NCBI GenBank assembly: GCA_030141605.1
Contig: JAQGDQ010000073.1
Coordinates: 372,001 to 436,000 of the forward strand
DNA from: Tubiluchus corallicola
Taxonomy: Eukaryota > Animalia > Priapulida
DNA length: 64,000 nucleotides
Direction: 5' to 3'
The notes under the pieces were generated by a model. The model saw only the letters and a program-made list of their open reading frames with translations, did not search any database and was not told where the DNA came from. Of this stretch, positions 1 through 14,559 are shown in pieces. The position numbers and the translations under genes are program-made. Within the stretch, counting starts at the first letter, position 1; the number at the start of each line of letters is the position of its first letter.

Positions 1-3000
1 TTTGTGCGACATCACAGCATAGATCATAGTAGCAATATTTTCCTCTAGTTCTCTTGTAGGCATGTCTAACTGCAAAAACAAAATAACAATATAGACACCA
101 TTACTGATGCAAAGGCACTTCAGCACCTAATGTCCACTGATAAAGTTTAACATGGAAATATAAAATACCTGATGTTTGTTTAATGTGGCAACATGACTGT
201 AATGTGTTTTGCAAACAACAAAACCATGCAAGATTGCACGTGTAAATTCAATTAAGTTCAATTCAAATTTTTATTCTGGTAACTAAGACCATATAAAATA
301 CAAATACAGTATAAAATGAAATAAAAAATAGAAAATTAAAATGCAAAGACAGGGTTAGTAAATTAAGAGTTAAATAAATTTTAGAAACTAATTTTGTACT
401 ATTTCTTTCCATTTCAGCAGTTATAATACCATTGCTAGTGTGGAGCAATAACCGGTTGCAAATGCTATAACATGATATTCTGCGAATCTGACTAAAATAG
501 GGTAGAGATAGACACGTGCCAGAAGTACTACTATCATGTAAAGCTCATGTAACTTAAAATTCTATAATAATAACAATAATAATAATAATAATAATAATAT
601 TTATTTAAAGTCGGCTTTTGGATCAACAATTAACATTAGCTCAAAGAGCTATTATCGCCGACTGTAAATAACAACCTACAACTACATAACAAAGACTATT
701 ATTACCCCACTTTTACCCTAAATCCACAGGGCAACAGCAGGTACCATTTTTAAAGTCTTTGGTATGACTCGGCTGCTGGTTCGAACTCACGACCTCCCAG
801 ACGTAAAGCAGACACATTACCACTAGACTAAACCGTCTGGTCAATTATTAACACATGTAATCAATTATGAAAATACCTGACAACACCAGAATTAAAGATA
901 TAGCCATACAAATTCTAAAGGACTACAGGCATAGTCATAATTTGTTTGATTGCTCAGTTTACACTAAAACGTAAATGCAGTAACAACATCAACAGCAACA
1001 AAGATGTGTCTTTTAATGATGAGCAACAGATATTTACACTTCACATTAAACATAGAAGTGCATTAGTTTCTATAATTGTAAAATAATATAACTTTGTATA
1101 TTCAATTACATTTGTAGGTGAAAACATATGTAACTGTTAAGTTAATAAAGTTATTCATAAAAAGTGGAATCATTGATCAATTAAAGCATTATTGAATAAC
1201 GTTCTCAGTTGGGCATGCTCGTGCATGTATATCATCATTAGCGATGCCAGTGGAATACATTCATTTATCTAGAGGTGCAAGCATTTGTCACCAAAAACAA
1301 GTTATCTAATTCTTACCTTTATTAATCTAATTACAGAATACATCAATACTCCTCATCTAAAATCAATACTAGATTTGATTTTCTGGATGTAGTCTATGGA
1401 CTATGCAATCACACAGTGAGCTTCTTCATCAGTGAGTTTGATCAGTTATATAATCTTAGGAATTTACATTTCTGCACTTGTCTGGTATAAATTTAAAACT
1501 TTAAGTTAGTTTAAGTTTATTAATTTATAAAGCCCACTATCTATAATGCAATATTCTAAGGGGCTGTACAGTGCACAGAAAATACAAATTCTGACAGTTA
1601 ATAAAAAAACATTAATATAATACTGGTATAAAACATTAATCCTAAAAGTTGAAATTAGCAAACTGTTGTTAGTAAAACTGGGAAATATTAAAATTTATGT
1701 AAAATAAAGCTATAACAGTTCATATGCAATTGTAAATAAAACAGTTTTCACCAGTGATTTGAAAAAAGCAAAAGAAAATTCAGAATGTATATGAACTTCC
1801 AAGGAATTCCTCAAATTTAGTGCACCATGAGAGAATGCCTTTGAATCTTGATCCCGCTTTAGTTTTGCCTGTAGGTACCCAAGTGATGACTGATTTAATG
1901 CCAGAATGTATATATTCTGCCTGGTCAATTTATGGTAATTGGCATATGGTATATTCTGCTCGTTTATGGTAACTTACCGTTCCTACTTTGGTCACGACGT
2001 CAGAATAGCTGTGCACATTTTCTGGCTTTACAGATCGATATCGAATTCCTTTCGTAAAATTTTCAACAACGTCCTTGATATTCGTTCCCACTGAACCTGT
2101 AAGAGTAAAACATGTTAGTAAAAACAGGTTACATGATATATAACAAGGTTGTGAGACAAAGTAATACATGTATCAGGCAAAGATTAAAATTTGAGGTCTT
2201 GTATCTGTGATATATATTCCTCTATATTAAATTTAATAATATTTTGTGAAATTGTTTTGTAATATTTTCCAGGAAAGCTGCATCCCTGTACTGCTGTCGT
2301 ATAAAGAAAAAAAATAGGGCATCTTCCCAGGTCATGTTTCATTTGTGGTTTAAAATGTACATTTAATTTACTATAAAATTATCACAGAAATGTTTCTGAT
2401 AAATAAATATTAGCTTAGAAATCTAAGTAATGCACCCACAAGCCTAGCTAATGCTACTGTACAAGTGTGACTGTTGCAAAAAATTACCAAATATCTGGAA
2501 TATTTGTCTGTAAAAGCGAAAATTGAAATATAGCATGCTAACATGCCTTACATTCACTTTTGGTTCTTTCATTGATATACTTATTCCTGCAAAAATTTCT
2601 AGCAAATGTAAAGTTGATAAGTATGATATCAACCCAAACTTGAAACAGCCTTCTAACAAGTTGAACTATTTTCTGCCCTCTCTATACAATACTGCACCAT
2701 CATCTAATTTAAATGCTTGTGATGCATTATATGAAGCTGGGCCAAATAGCTAAAAATGATCTATCTAAACCAAAATTTAGAAGACATTTGTAAGTGACAT
2801 TGATATACAGATAATATTAATATTAAGTGCTTTTGCAAAATTACTGCCTAAAGCCTACTCAAGTTGTCAAACATTAAACCTCTTACAAGGCTTATGAAAC
2901 TATCAATTACCTAATCTGCTATTGGGAAACATTTTCTTCAAGTAACCACGTAAGGAAACCAACTCTGGCAACATTTCTTGTGTGGAGACAATAAACTCAA

Positions 3001-6000
3001 AATCATTCTTGACAAGTGTTCCTTTCTCAAACTGAAAAAAAGTAAATTTCCATTCTGCATCAGGGGCACAGCCAGGTTCTAAAGTCAGGGGGGAACAAGC
3101 ACATAAAAAGGTACCGTGACACATGTCAAACAATTTTTAATGTACTAATTATACATTTTAATTTTGTGTTTAAAATTAAAACATGAGGGAGATACTGTTT
3201 TAAAGGAAGTGCATATGTGTTATTTCGTATATAAATGACAGTAGGCCTACTACTAGACAATCGTGAGACAAAAAACTATTATAATAATTAGATGTGGGGC
3301 AATTTTATTCTTGGTGCCTCCACAAGCCTAGCTAATGCTACTGTACAGATGTGACTGTTGCAAAAAATTATAAGTCAACCTTGACAAATGAGTTGCGTAA
3401 ATGCACACTCATTTCAAAAACATGAGAGACAGGTTGGTCAAATAAAGCAATGACTCCAGAAAATTCTTCCGAGGCCATGCGATTAAAAAAATAATAAATG
3501 ATTCGACTTTTATCGTACAAGTGAACTAACGAGTTGACTCGTTGCTCACCCATTAGCTATGCCACTGCTCTGTATCACAAACATACTTTCAAATAGTTTT
3601 CCACTATTGTAAAATAATTGTCAATCTCTCTGTGTTAAGTACTAAGTTAACATTTTATAAAATCTTAAAATCTGCTTAAAACAATGTTTATTTTGTATAT
3701 TTATTAATAAAAATCGCAGTCAATAAAAATAACTCTCACTGGATGATTTTTTTTTAAATAAAAGAGCCACGAATAAAACTGGGAAATGATACAGATTTTG
3801 CTAATAACACAACAGATCAGTATATTCCAGCATGACACACATATACACGTGTAAACATCTATTACGCTCCAGTCACGGTTGAGCAAGAAACTGCCCAAAA
3901 ATTCAATATAAAGAAAAATTTTATAGAAGCTATACCTGTTTGACGATCTCGATTCCACCAGCCATCTTTGCTCCAGCTTCAAGTGCTATCTGTTTTTCTT
4001 CTTGAGTCTTCATAAAACATGAAAGAGTATTTATAATATTATTATAACAAACATTGATATAAACTATTGTTCTTTTTGTTCACCTTACACTGTTAATATT
4101 TTGTTGGTCAATTTTAGTAAGCGACATTCAAGAAAATTTGAATAAAAAATTATTTTCTGGTACAACTAATTAAGTATTAGAAGTGACACTTTTCCATTTG
4201 CTGTAGGAATTACTGACTGACACCAGGCAACTTTGTTGTCATGCTTAAACTATTAAAAAAACTTTTTGTGCAAAGCACATTTGCAAAAGAGGTAGTATTT
4301 TAAGCAGGAAAATTGTAAATAGTACACAAACCAGGCTAAGTGACACCATAAATATAACAAAAGATAGCAGTACCATCTAGACTAGCTTATACATTAACAA
4401 GCACTAAATTCTTTTCCCTGCAGAATGAATCTTTAGACTCCAATAATGATGCAAAAAACTGTTTATTTTACTAAATTTCATAATGACACATCATACCTTG
4501 CAAATGGCTAAGACGATTTTAGGATCGTGAAACTCAAAAAAGTGAGGCAGCCGTACAACTCTTTTGAATTGTTCAACATACTTGTTCTTCATTAAAAAAA
4601 CAAATAACTGACTAAGACATAAAGCACAAATAAACAGCAGGTAATAACATGAAATTTAAGAAAGAGTGAAAATTCAAAGTTACCAATTCAGTGCTTTTGT
4701 AATTAGCTATGAGTATGTATTTACATTAAATTAACACAAAATTGAACACCTGTTTTTGCATACTCTTAAAAATTTTGAGTGCATTGAAGAAAAGCGGCTT
4801 AATTACACACAATATTTCAGACATACAAGCAGTTTCTAAATCGCAAATTAGTAGTCACCTGCTTCTTTGCTATGTTTAAGTCAAAAGATTATGTAAGGCT
4901 AACATATAAATGCAATTGTTTGGATTGTTACTTTATCCTGCTGTGAAACATTTCCAGGTATTTGTGTGCAACCTAGAACAATTTATAGCATTACTGTTTA
5001 AAAATTTGTTTAAAAAATTTGCCAGAATGGTGACAAAAAAAACAAAACATGTAGTACACATACAAAAACTTCTTTAAACTTCAAAACCCATTAAATTAAA
5101 CTAAATACCTTCTTCTCCATACGCATGTCAAGGTACTGTGTTAGATAAATGTAAGCTGTTGGACTGTTAAACATATCAGGTCCGTTGACGACACGAAAAC
5201 GGTCGACAGCCTCACTAACAGAGATCAGCGGTGCAGGATAAAACAGTTTGAAATATACATCATCATCAGATTTTCGTCCGTACCACTCTGGATTATTTCC
5301 CGGTCTTTCCCCAGTTATAGGTTCTTTCCTAAAAAAAATTAATCATTATCAAAAATGGTGATATCCACAGTTTGCAACTACTATAAGCAGAAAAGCTGTT
5401 GCTTTAGCTATGAGAGTCAACTACAGTAGGTGCCACTTAATAGACTCAATTTGTGACGGAAGTGTTTTGACCCAATTAACCGAATGAGTCGATTACCGGG
5501 AGGCTTTAGTACTTCAAGTATATTATTGCTATACAAGTATGAGTCATCATTCATCACCTTAGTATGCATTGCAAAGGTTTTAAAGGATTTTTAGAAATGA
5601 ATTAATGTCAAAGATACCTATGTGCAATTATTTAAAAAGCATAAAAGTAAGAAAATAAAAAATCTAATTATTACCACAAAAATACAAAAATTCATGCAAA
5701 GGTCAGTTGCTTTCAGTCCTTCACGAAGAACCTGGTTTATGAAATTCTCACACTGATAAAAACTCTGAAATCTGTTACAGTAGGCACATATTCATGCAAA
5801 AAAACACAAAAAACACCTATAGCCACCTAGTGCTTGAGCTGCAATTGGTGATGACCTTGTGAAAAGCAGCAGGAACTTCAAAAGCAAACTGCTGAGCAGT
5901 GATGAGATGTTTAGCTTCCAGAAACAATGAGGTTAACTGCTGTGGCCAAGCGGGTGAAGGACTCAAAGCAAAACCAGTACACTAACACATTAGCTCATAT

Positions 6001-9000
6001 GAAAAAGGTACTGTACCAACTTACAAGCAAAGTTGTACCTAACATGACTGTTTCTACTAAATTGCACAATATCGATGTAAAGATGGGATAAAAGCAGTAA
6101 AAGCTCTTTGGGCACACACGAGTATCTTATTTTAAGTGCATGAAGGAAAAATATTGAGTCAATTATGCAGAGTTATTTGAGTCAATAACTGACAGTTTTT
6201 ATACACATTTGAATAGGAGCGGTGTTCTAGGTGTTTCTGAGTTAATTAAGCGACTGAGTTTCTTAAATATGAGTCTAATAAACAGCGCTTACTGTAGTTG
6301 ATTTCCACAGCCTCTCACGGAATTTGCATAAATCTAGACAAAATTGAACATGCTGCCATTTAGGCCAAAGTGATCAAATTTCTTGTAAGCCCATTATTAC
6401 CTGACAGCTTCATTTAATTTCACTGTTAAATTCTGCTTCCAAAAGAATAAGATCTATACCAATTTATAAGCTTAAAATGTTTGAGATGTAGCCATGTTGC
6501 TGCCATGTAAGGTTAGCAAGTAACAGAAGAGTTAGAAAATCTAATTGTAAAATTGGAAATGATGTAGAGGTTAGTAAATTACTTGCTTTATTTGTTTTAA
6601 ATGCCTAATAACAGTTTCAAAATATGTATAACTTCACTCTGCAAGTTTTCATTGCCAGGTATTTTAGTTACATGATCGTCGATAGTAGCCAAGTAGCAAT
6701 GGACAAAGGTCACTGAAAATGCCTAGCAACACTTTCAAAGTACATAACTTGAATCTACAGGCTTACATTACCAGATATTTTAGTTAGATGACCATCAATG
6801 GTAGCCAAGTGGCCATGGACAAAGGTCACTGCTGATTTTCATTAGTACTGGCGGTAAAAACTCACAAAACCAAAAAACATTAAGGTAGTCTCAGTAATAA
6901 TGCATCCTCACAGTTTACGTGCAAATCGTTAGCACTTTTGGCAGGTATGTCACAACCAACATTTGGTAAGTTTGCCTAAGTTTGGTAAGCAACACAAATG
7001 AAATATAGTGATATTTATTGTACTAGTTTGATGGGTTTAAATTTTATGAGTATCACATTTTTCATGGGTATATGTCAACTTACTTTGTCAACAGTTTCCG
7101 AGGTTTCCATTCCTTGACTTGTTCCTCTTTGTCTTTTGCTTGCCTTGCCTTTTTCTGGGTTTCTCGGCGGCCTTTCCTGCGAGCATAGTGTCGACGCTGT
7201 AAAAGCGGCGGCAGTGCACAAGTGCTCTGTAATAACTGAGGCTTCAAAAACAGACCCGAACCAATCAATTCTAAAAAGTGAATTAATAGCAGTAAGAGTA
7301 ATATAAAAAATAGCTGCAAATACAGGTAGAAAAAAACTCGTACAGTTAATTTGATCTGTATTATGGTAAGCTATTAAAACAATGACTTTTTTGGATTTTT
7401 ACAATTTTCGTTCATTCAGCAATCAAAAAATAATCTTGGTTAATTCTTGGTATCTACATTGTTTTTAGCTTGCCTGTAGGTTGGTTAGAAGGTTAGAGAC
7501 TCGTTTGATGTGAATTCTACTGGTGTTGTTTCTGGCAGTTTCGTTAAATGTCCCACTTAGCCTTCTGATTCTAATTTTTGTACTCGAAAGTAACGTACAG
7601 AGAACAGTTACACAAGCATTAGAGAGTTGCAGTCTTGTTTTGAACGATAGTTTCTTGCTAGTTGTAGTTGTATATATGTACTAATGAAACCATACAGCGC
7701 CTACTTCTTACTATTTTTGATATCATATTTCATGTCAAGTAGTGATCCCATGTATTTGCGACATTTCCAAAATAAATCTCCATCCATTGAAATGAAATAC
7801 TGTAATCGTTGCTTAATACCACACACAGAATCAGCAATAAGTAGTCTTAATAAATGGCAGTTTTATTACAAACGGCCTGTTGTAAGCATGTGTATTTGGC
7901 AAAGTACAGTATGTAAACGCTTAAACCTAGTTAATACTATAATTTTATTATTAAACATGGGGCAGTCTTCTCACTTGCATGCCTACAGAATGACTAAAGC
8001 GTTGAAGCATACAACAGTGACTCAAGTCTAGCAGGTACTACATTCTCTATTCAAATTCATTCAAAAGATTAAAATGTATTTTAACAGTTATACATGCAGA
8101 GCAGTTATGACGAATCAATCAATTTTAACTTTGAGTGTGGTTTTGACCAAGAAAAGGTGAAATTAGGAAATGGGGCAAATTTCAACTGCATATAATAAAA
8201 AATAGACAAAGTTCTAAAAATGCATTTTATTTTTCTATTGCTTTTGTTACCTGTTACTGAAAAATGTGATCTTATTTTATTAACTGATTTTATTAACTAA
8301 ATTTTGTTCACTTGTATAAAAGGACATAAGACCAGATGACCATTTGGCCTCTCTCTGTCCTGCTCATGATTGCAAGTATTTAATAATGTATTTTTCAGGT
8401 TTCGTGTTGCTAACTTTGAGATTTCTTTTTCTAGCAATTTAGGATATTCCCTTTTAACGGTATCTGTGTGGAATTTTGAACTACTATACTAATAATCCAA
8501 GTTATGTTGTCAGCATATTGTTGGTCTATTAGAAATGGCTTATAAAAATACGGTGGAGGATAACTATGATCAACCACATGTAAAGGATATCTTCGGAGGT
8601 GGTATTCACAATCTGTAGCCGCACGTGAAACATCTTCGTTTTAGGATGGATTTTAGATACAAGATGTAAAGCACTAGGCTGAGACTGAGTCGATTAATCT
8701 TGATCTAATTTCCTCTTGATTTCAACCAAACCATTATTTCGAGCAGTAATGCATTGAAGATGAGTTTTCTTACGCTTTAGATTTTGTGACATAGCTTTGT
8801 GATCGAGTTTTCTGATCTCAAAATATTTTATTCCAATAATTATTTGTATTGACTGACATGCATTTGAATTTTATAATAGGCCTATAAAAATATATTAGTA
8901 TTATTTTTTAATTATGGATTAATGACGACACGTTTTACATAGTGCCAAGCATAGACACAACAGAGCATCTATTAGTATTAGTATTAGTGTGTGAAGATTA

Positions 9001-9342
9001 CATTCATTTAAACAAGAGGAGTCCAAGCCTAAGACCTTTTGCAAACAAATGTACAACTACAGAGAAGAATAAAGGATGTTGCCGTGGACATCATGGAATT
9101 TAGAAAGCAACAAAATAAAGAAATAAGTGATATTGTGTTGTGCCTCGCACCTACAGAAGAATGATTGGTAAAGGCGCTGTGTAATCACCGAGACACCGAT
9201 CGGGGGTTAGTTGTGAAAGTTCATCCTATAATGTTGCCTAGCTTTACATGAACTTAAATTTACACGAATAGTAATATTTAACTTAAGTTACCTTGGTAAC
9301 TTAAATTAACTTACTTAATTGCAATTTCAAGCAAGTTGACAT
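1..9342 (-). CDS. MRPL1: Mitochondrial large-subunit ribosomal protein uL1m (MRPL1); spliced, 3'-partial (continues beyond position 1)
   Basis: Exons joined by hand with consistent phases and GT..AG ends: 9342-9315, 7270-7084, 5328-5109, 4586-4497, 4007-3936, 3031-2911, 2096-1978, 69-<1 (302 codons visible). The N-terminus MSTCLKLQLKLIGSGLFLKPQLLQSTCALPPLLQRRHYARRK resembles a mitochondrial presequence. Segments DDDVYFKLFYP..YLTQYLDMRMEKK, VRLPHFF, IALEAGAKMAGG, EMLPELVSLRGYLKKMFP and KVGTLDMPTRELEENI match remembered MRPL1 sequence. Exon 1 (caacATG..A/GTAAGT) is the least certain. Confidence 0.92.
566..841 (-). mobile_element. tRNA-derived SINE, near full-length, in an MRPL1 intron
   Basis: Minus strand has an A-box-like TAGTCTAGTGG and a B-box GAGTTCGAACC, then the core GAGTCATACCAAAGACTTTAAAAATGGTACCTGCTGTTGCCCTG and a (TTA)n tail at 566-603. 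Related copies occur at ~26817-27015 and ~44700-44930. Confidence 0.85.
2436..3370. repeat. 51-bp direct duplication (2436-2486 and 3320-3370) flanking MRPL1 exon 6
   Basis: CCACAAGCCTAGCTAATGCTACTGTACA(AG/GA)TGTGACTGTTGCAAAAAATTA occurs twice with 2 mismatches. Confidence 0.85.
5424..6294. mobile_element. Non-autonomous Tc1/mariner-superfamily (pogo/Tigger-like) DNA transposon, ~870 bp
   Basis: Imperfect TIRs CAGTAGGTGCCACTTAATAGACTCA ... TGAGTCTAATAAACAGCGCTTACTG, flanked by TA target duplications at 5422-5423 and 6295-6296. No intact transposase. Confidence 0.75.
6650..6831. repeat. Diverged local duplication of a ~66-bp unit (period ~116 bp)
   Basis: CATT(G/A)CCAG(G/A)TATTTTAGTTA...TAGCCAAGT..C.ATGGACAAAGGTCACTG at ~6650-6715 and ~6766-6831. 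Confidence 0.75.
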
Positions 9343-10578
9343 GTTGACGTTACTACTAACTAGCGCGCCGTCTTTTACACGCCCTAACCACGACTGCACA
9401 CAATGAATTGTAAAGCAAAGCATCAATGAAATGTACAGTACCAATTGGTAGCTAGCTAACTATGTACTTATCCTTATCATCATCGTCATATCATTATCAT
9501 CGTCATCATCATCATTGGTGTCGCCATTATCATCTGTCGAAAACACACTTGAAGTCTTGAATAATATACTTCTAAAAGTCTTTGACAACATACTAGAAGT
9601 TGGGGTGCACATGGTTAGTATACACGCTAGGAAAAGCAACTCTAAGAAAAGCCTCGCTAATTTAATGATGGTAAACATCACTCGAAACATAAAATCAAGC
9701 CGAAGCAGGTTTTGGTGCCATGTCGAAAATGCTTAATTTTATCACGATGAGTGATTGATTTTTATTCTTTGAAATTATTTCATCTGATTTTAACGATTTA
9801 ATTGCATAACTTTTTGACTTTACGTAAAAAGTTTGAATTTTTGCGAAATTAGGTGGGAGAGCAAAACTTGGTTAACTGAATGTCCTTAAATCAATTACTT
9901 TCACATTTTCGATGCAAACAAATACTGAATTGAATTTAATTTGTAGCGATTTTCCAAATGTATGTACTTTTACTTTTCTATTGAAACAAAGACAAGTATT
10001 TAAAATATTCGCATAATTATTGATGAATATGACATTTTTGCAATGATGATATTTACAGTGACGATGAAACAAGAGTAATTAGTACGTGTTTAGGAATAAA
10101 GGTTTAGTGGTCTATCATAAGAGACCTACGTTTTCGTTCTATGTTTTAGTAAAGGGAAAAGAAATTACAATATATGATTAAACTGATTACATTAATGTAT
10201 ACGTTAATTAAGTCTAATACAAAAAGACTTTAGACATACCTATTATACGGTGCCCATGGTCATCCTCGATAATGAGCCAAGGAGCTATGCCATCGCTATG
10301 TGGCTCCTGGCTAGCTAGGCCTTTGGCACAGAGAAACTACTATAATATATATAGATCTATAAAAGAAGCCTAATTCAGATAATTACATGTTACATGTACA
10401 GTTGGGCAGTTTTACTATAGACTTGAATGACAATTGCATGGGTAAATGATTAAGATGCAAATTTAACACTAATACATTTAGTACATTCAAGAACAACGTT
10501 ACATTCAAGGTCAGATCCAAAATGCAAACAGGCTGAAAACACTTAACTCAAGATATGCCGTACTGGCGTAGTTCTCGA

Positions 10579-11168
<590 letters not shown>

Positions 11169-11979
11169 TGAAAAATTATACATCTATTAAGTATCAAGGC
11201 TATCAGACTAGGACTAGGTCAATGTCAACTCTCCTAGTCACACCGGATATCATTTAGAGGAATGCTTTTTAAGGTATCAAAATTTCCTTAAACAGTGCGC
11301 ATCAAGATTATTTGACATTTCATCAATTTTCATTACATTTGCTGACTGCCCAGTTAATACATCCGATTTGGTTTATTTGTGTAGACCCAACTTTGCTGGA
11401 AATGCATTTAAGTGTTTCACAAAAACATATTAAAATACTTTGTAATAATAACGTAACTTCGTAGTGCACCTTTTAGTAAAAAGGAAATGATTAATATTGA
11501 CAAGAACAACAATTATAACATTACAAAGAACAGAAATAAAAATAAAAACTGTTATGACTTTTGTGAACTCTTTCTTTGTTATTATTCAAACAAAACAAGG
11601 AGGCATATAAACCATTCTTCAAAGAGTTACTAACGTGTGACGTCACCATTCCCTGAGAATTAACGTACTTCGATTTTTGAGTTATCCTAAGTTAACCTTC
11701 TGCTTTTTACATTCGTAACGAACTCAGCGGAATAATCGTTTATTTTTCTCGCTTGGCTTGCTTGTACAAATTAACAAGTTCTTGTACAGTATTTGTCTTC
11801 ATGCCTGTTTAAACTTCAATCGAGTGGTTGATCCTTTCAATTATAATAACACTTTAAGAAAATCACCAGGCTATCACCTATATGCATTGATACAAGGTAA
11901 AAGACCAATCAAATTTCGACCTAAAATTCACAAGACGTTAAACTCCAAAAAGTCATCATCTTGGTTTTGGTTTTGTCTG

Positions 11980-12340
11980 CCACGCATTCACCGAACTTTT
12001 ACATTCGATTCAGATGAAAATTACAGAATCGAATAATTCAGCACTTCATTGCGTGTACGTTCTTTATCATTAAAACGTTTGAAACATCATGCAATCAACA
12101 TAATTTAATTGTGATTTCTGGGCACCGTTTTTAAACAAGTTATTAGCGTTTTTACTGTAGAATAAAATCATGCAAATAATAATTATAATGATCGTTGTGA
12201 GATCGCTTTTTATTAATGATTCAAAAATCTGAATTCGATTCGGATTCGAAATATCGAAATTAGAATCGACTCGAGTTCGAAGGTCACAAATTCGATTCGA
12301 TTCGAATTTGCTTTCGGATACAGGATGCTCATCCATACTA
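11980..12340. mobile_element. Degenerate MITE-like element with (ATTCG)n subterminal repeats
   Basis: Clustered ATTCG/CGAAT motifs at ~12003-12035 and 12230-12308. The right end CATCCATACTA resembles hAT-type CATCCCTA termini. Left terminus not resolved. Confidence 0.45.
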
Positions 12341-12396
12341 GCTATAGTGAGACTGTTCACTTTAGCGTCCCAATGCTCTCCATGCTACCCTTACTG

Positions 12397-12860
12397 TCTT
12401 CTTCTTCTTCTTCTTCTTCTTCTTCTTCTTCTTCTTCTTCTTCTTCAAAGTCTCATTCCGCTTATTGTAGGCATTGAGGTATCTTCTACGTAAGTTCTTC
12501 TACTCCTAAAGATAGATTTCGTTGAAGTTGTTGAACATCTTTATTTATCTTAGCTATCCAAGCTGTTTTAGGTTTCCCACGTGTTTTTTTTGCTAGTTTT
12601 AAGGCTTCCTTTATCTTTAAAAGTTAAAACTTTCCTTAGAAGACTTTCATGAAATGTGTCAATTTGCCTTTCTCGAGTAATCGTTAAACCCCAAGTTTCG
12701 CTGTTGTACATAAATATTCTGGTAACGTAAGCATTAAATAATCAAAGTCTTATGTTAAGGTCACTGAGTATAAAATGCGAAATCAAAATGGAAGTGATAG
12801 ACTGTAGTTTTTTTTAGTTTTCTTTTGCTGATACCTAAATTGCCCGTATGCCCATTAAGG
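12397..12860 (-). mobile_element. RTE-clade LINE 3' fragment with (GAA)n tail
   Basis: Minus-strand remnants translate to IFMYNSETWGLT (typical LYGSETW motif) and RGKPKTAWI (typical RGRPxxxW motif). The (CTT)n run at 12397-12446 on the plus strand is the tail. Confidence 0.75.
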
Positions 12861-13117
12861 AACTTTTATCCATTAAGTTTTAAACTGAGTACTAATATGT
12901 ACTCAGTCAACTTGTTACTAAGGGTCAGTGTCGTAGGTTAAGCTTTTGTCTGTACGAAATCATTGAAGTGACACACTAATCGTAATTATAATTTTAATGA
13001 TTTTGCTGTGCCTGTGATACTACTTTGTGTAGGTTTTTGTTAGATGACCAGTGCAGCTAGTTATTATGCAAAACTAATTAAACTAATACAAAGAAAAATA
13101 TAAGTGAGGATTATGGA

Positions 13118-13171
<54 letters not shown>

Positions 13172-13230
13172 AATGACAATGAGGATGATAATGACGATGG
13201 CGTTGATAGACAACAACAATAATGGTAATA
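13118..13230. repeat. (GAT)n microsatellite with degenerate extension
   Basis: Pure GAT run at ~13118-13171, then decayed triplets. Confidence 0.9.
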
Positions 13231-13974
13231 ACAGAAATATTATTTAATAATTAGGTTAACCTGATTGCAGATCCCGCTACTTACAATTAACATGCTAGTT
13301 TTTGTCGCAAAAAATTATGCATTTACTAAATAAAAACACTTAATGTTGAATTTATCTTTTTGATGCACATGTTCTATATATTAGGGCGGTGCCTAAATAT
13401 ACACAACAATACACAAAAGCTTAGAGCTGCTTGTGTTTTTGAGAAATACGTGTATAAATCTTTGGTCTACAACATTCTTAGCTAACAGCCCTGCAATGAG
13501 GCGCATTTCCATGAAATGAAGCTATGCTCCAAAAACAGAACTTTCTAGTAGACCTATAAGACATGCTCGTCGGCCCGATATGTTCAACCCAGTGATGTTT
13601 TGACGTTTCTCTTAGCCAACATAATTCCCAACACGCCACAAACAGTTAAATCAGCCCTAATACCACTAATTGAGGCAGTACGCAGCGTTGCGTCTGTCGA
13701 TACTCGATGCACAAATCCGTTGCATTCCACACAAGTCAGATCCGCGGAAACGCGTTCACACATCTTATAGTAATGCAATAATCTATCACCATATCCACAA
13801 ATGCGTTCACATTAAAATTTAATGTCTTCATAGCTCTATAGCATCAATTCAAACGCGAAATATTTATTATTGTAAAGCATATTTGTGTTTATGGAAATCT
13901 GAAGATACAGGTAACGAAATGTGTCGTTATTTAATTATCAATCCAGCTTAGTAACCATTGGAAAGCCGACCCTA

Positions 13975-13990
13975 CCAACAGAGGGCAGCA
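13975..13990 (+). promoter_or_regulatory. Candidate CTCF-binding motif
   Basis: CCAACAGAGGGCAGCA closely matches the CTCF core CCASYAGRKGGCRS. Motif match only. Confidence 0.4.
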
Positions 13991-14559
13991 CCGGTACGTA
14001 TTTTTTATAAACACATTTTTTTCCATCACCTTTAGTATACAGAACAAAACTGATTAACATGCCTTAGGAATTAGTTAGTACTCTATTACTAGTTGAGACA
14101 TTTATGATTATTTTCTGTACTTACTTCATCTCACTCTGCTTTTTTGTGCTATGTGAATTTCCAGAAATCACAATATGTAGTATTTGTCAGGTTTCTCCGA
14201 TATATATATATATATATATTTATTTATTTATTTAGCACTTTTCGTTATAGACTACATACCTTGATTTTATGAATATTTGCTTGCCAACTATTGATAATTC
14301 TAATTTTTTTTAGATCATGAAAGATTATAGATCAAGTGACTCTGCTGTTATTTGTCTACATTACCTGCTTAATTTTGTAAAAAAGTGTTGAAGTAATGAA
14401 ATTATTATAAAACACAAAAAATATGATTAAATGAAAAGCAAAATCGAACTTTAGTATTATAGCAAATTGTTTACAAAATTAAGTTAGACACACCAAAATA
14501 GAAATAGAAGTAACGCATACAAAGTATGTGTCAAATAGAAATCCCGGAATGAAATTGAT

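Noticed and set aside
9460-9736. Overlapping ORFs on both strands just upstream of MRPL1
   Set aside because: No recognisable domain, partly (ATC)n low complexity, and the MRPL1 start is better explained by the 9342-9315 exon.
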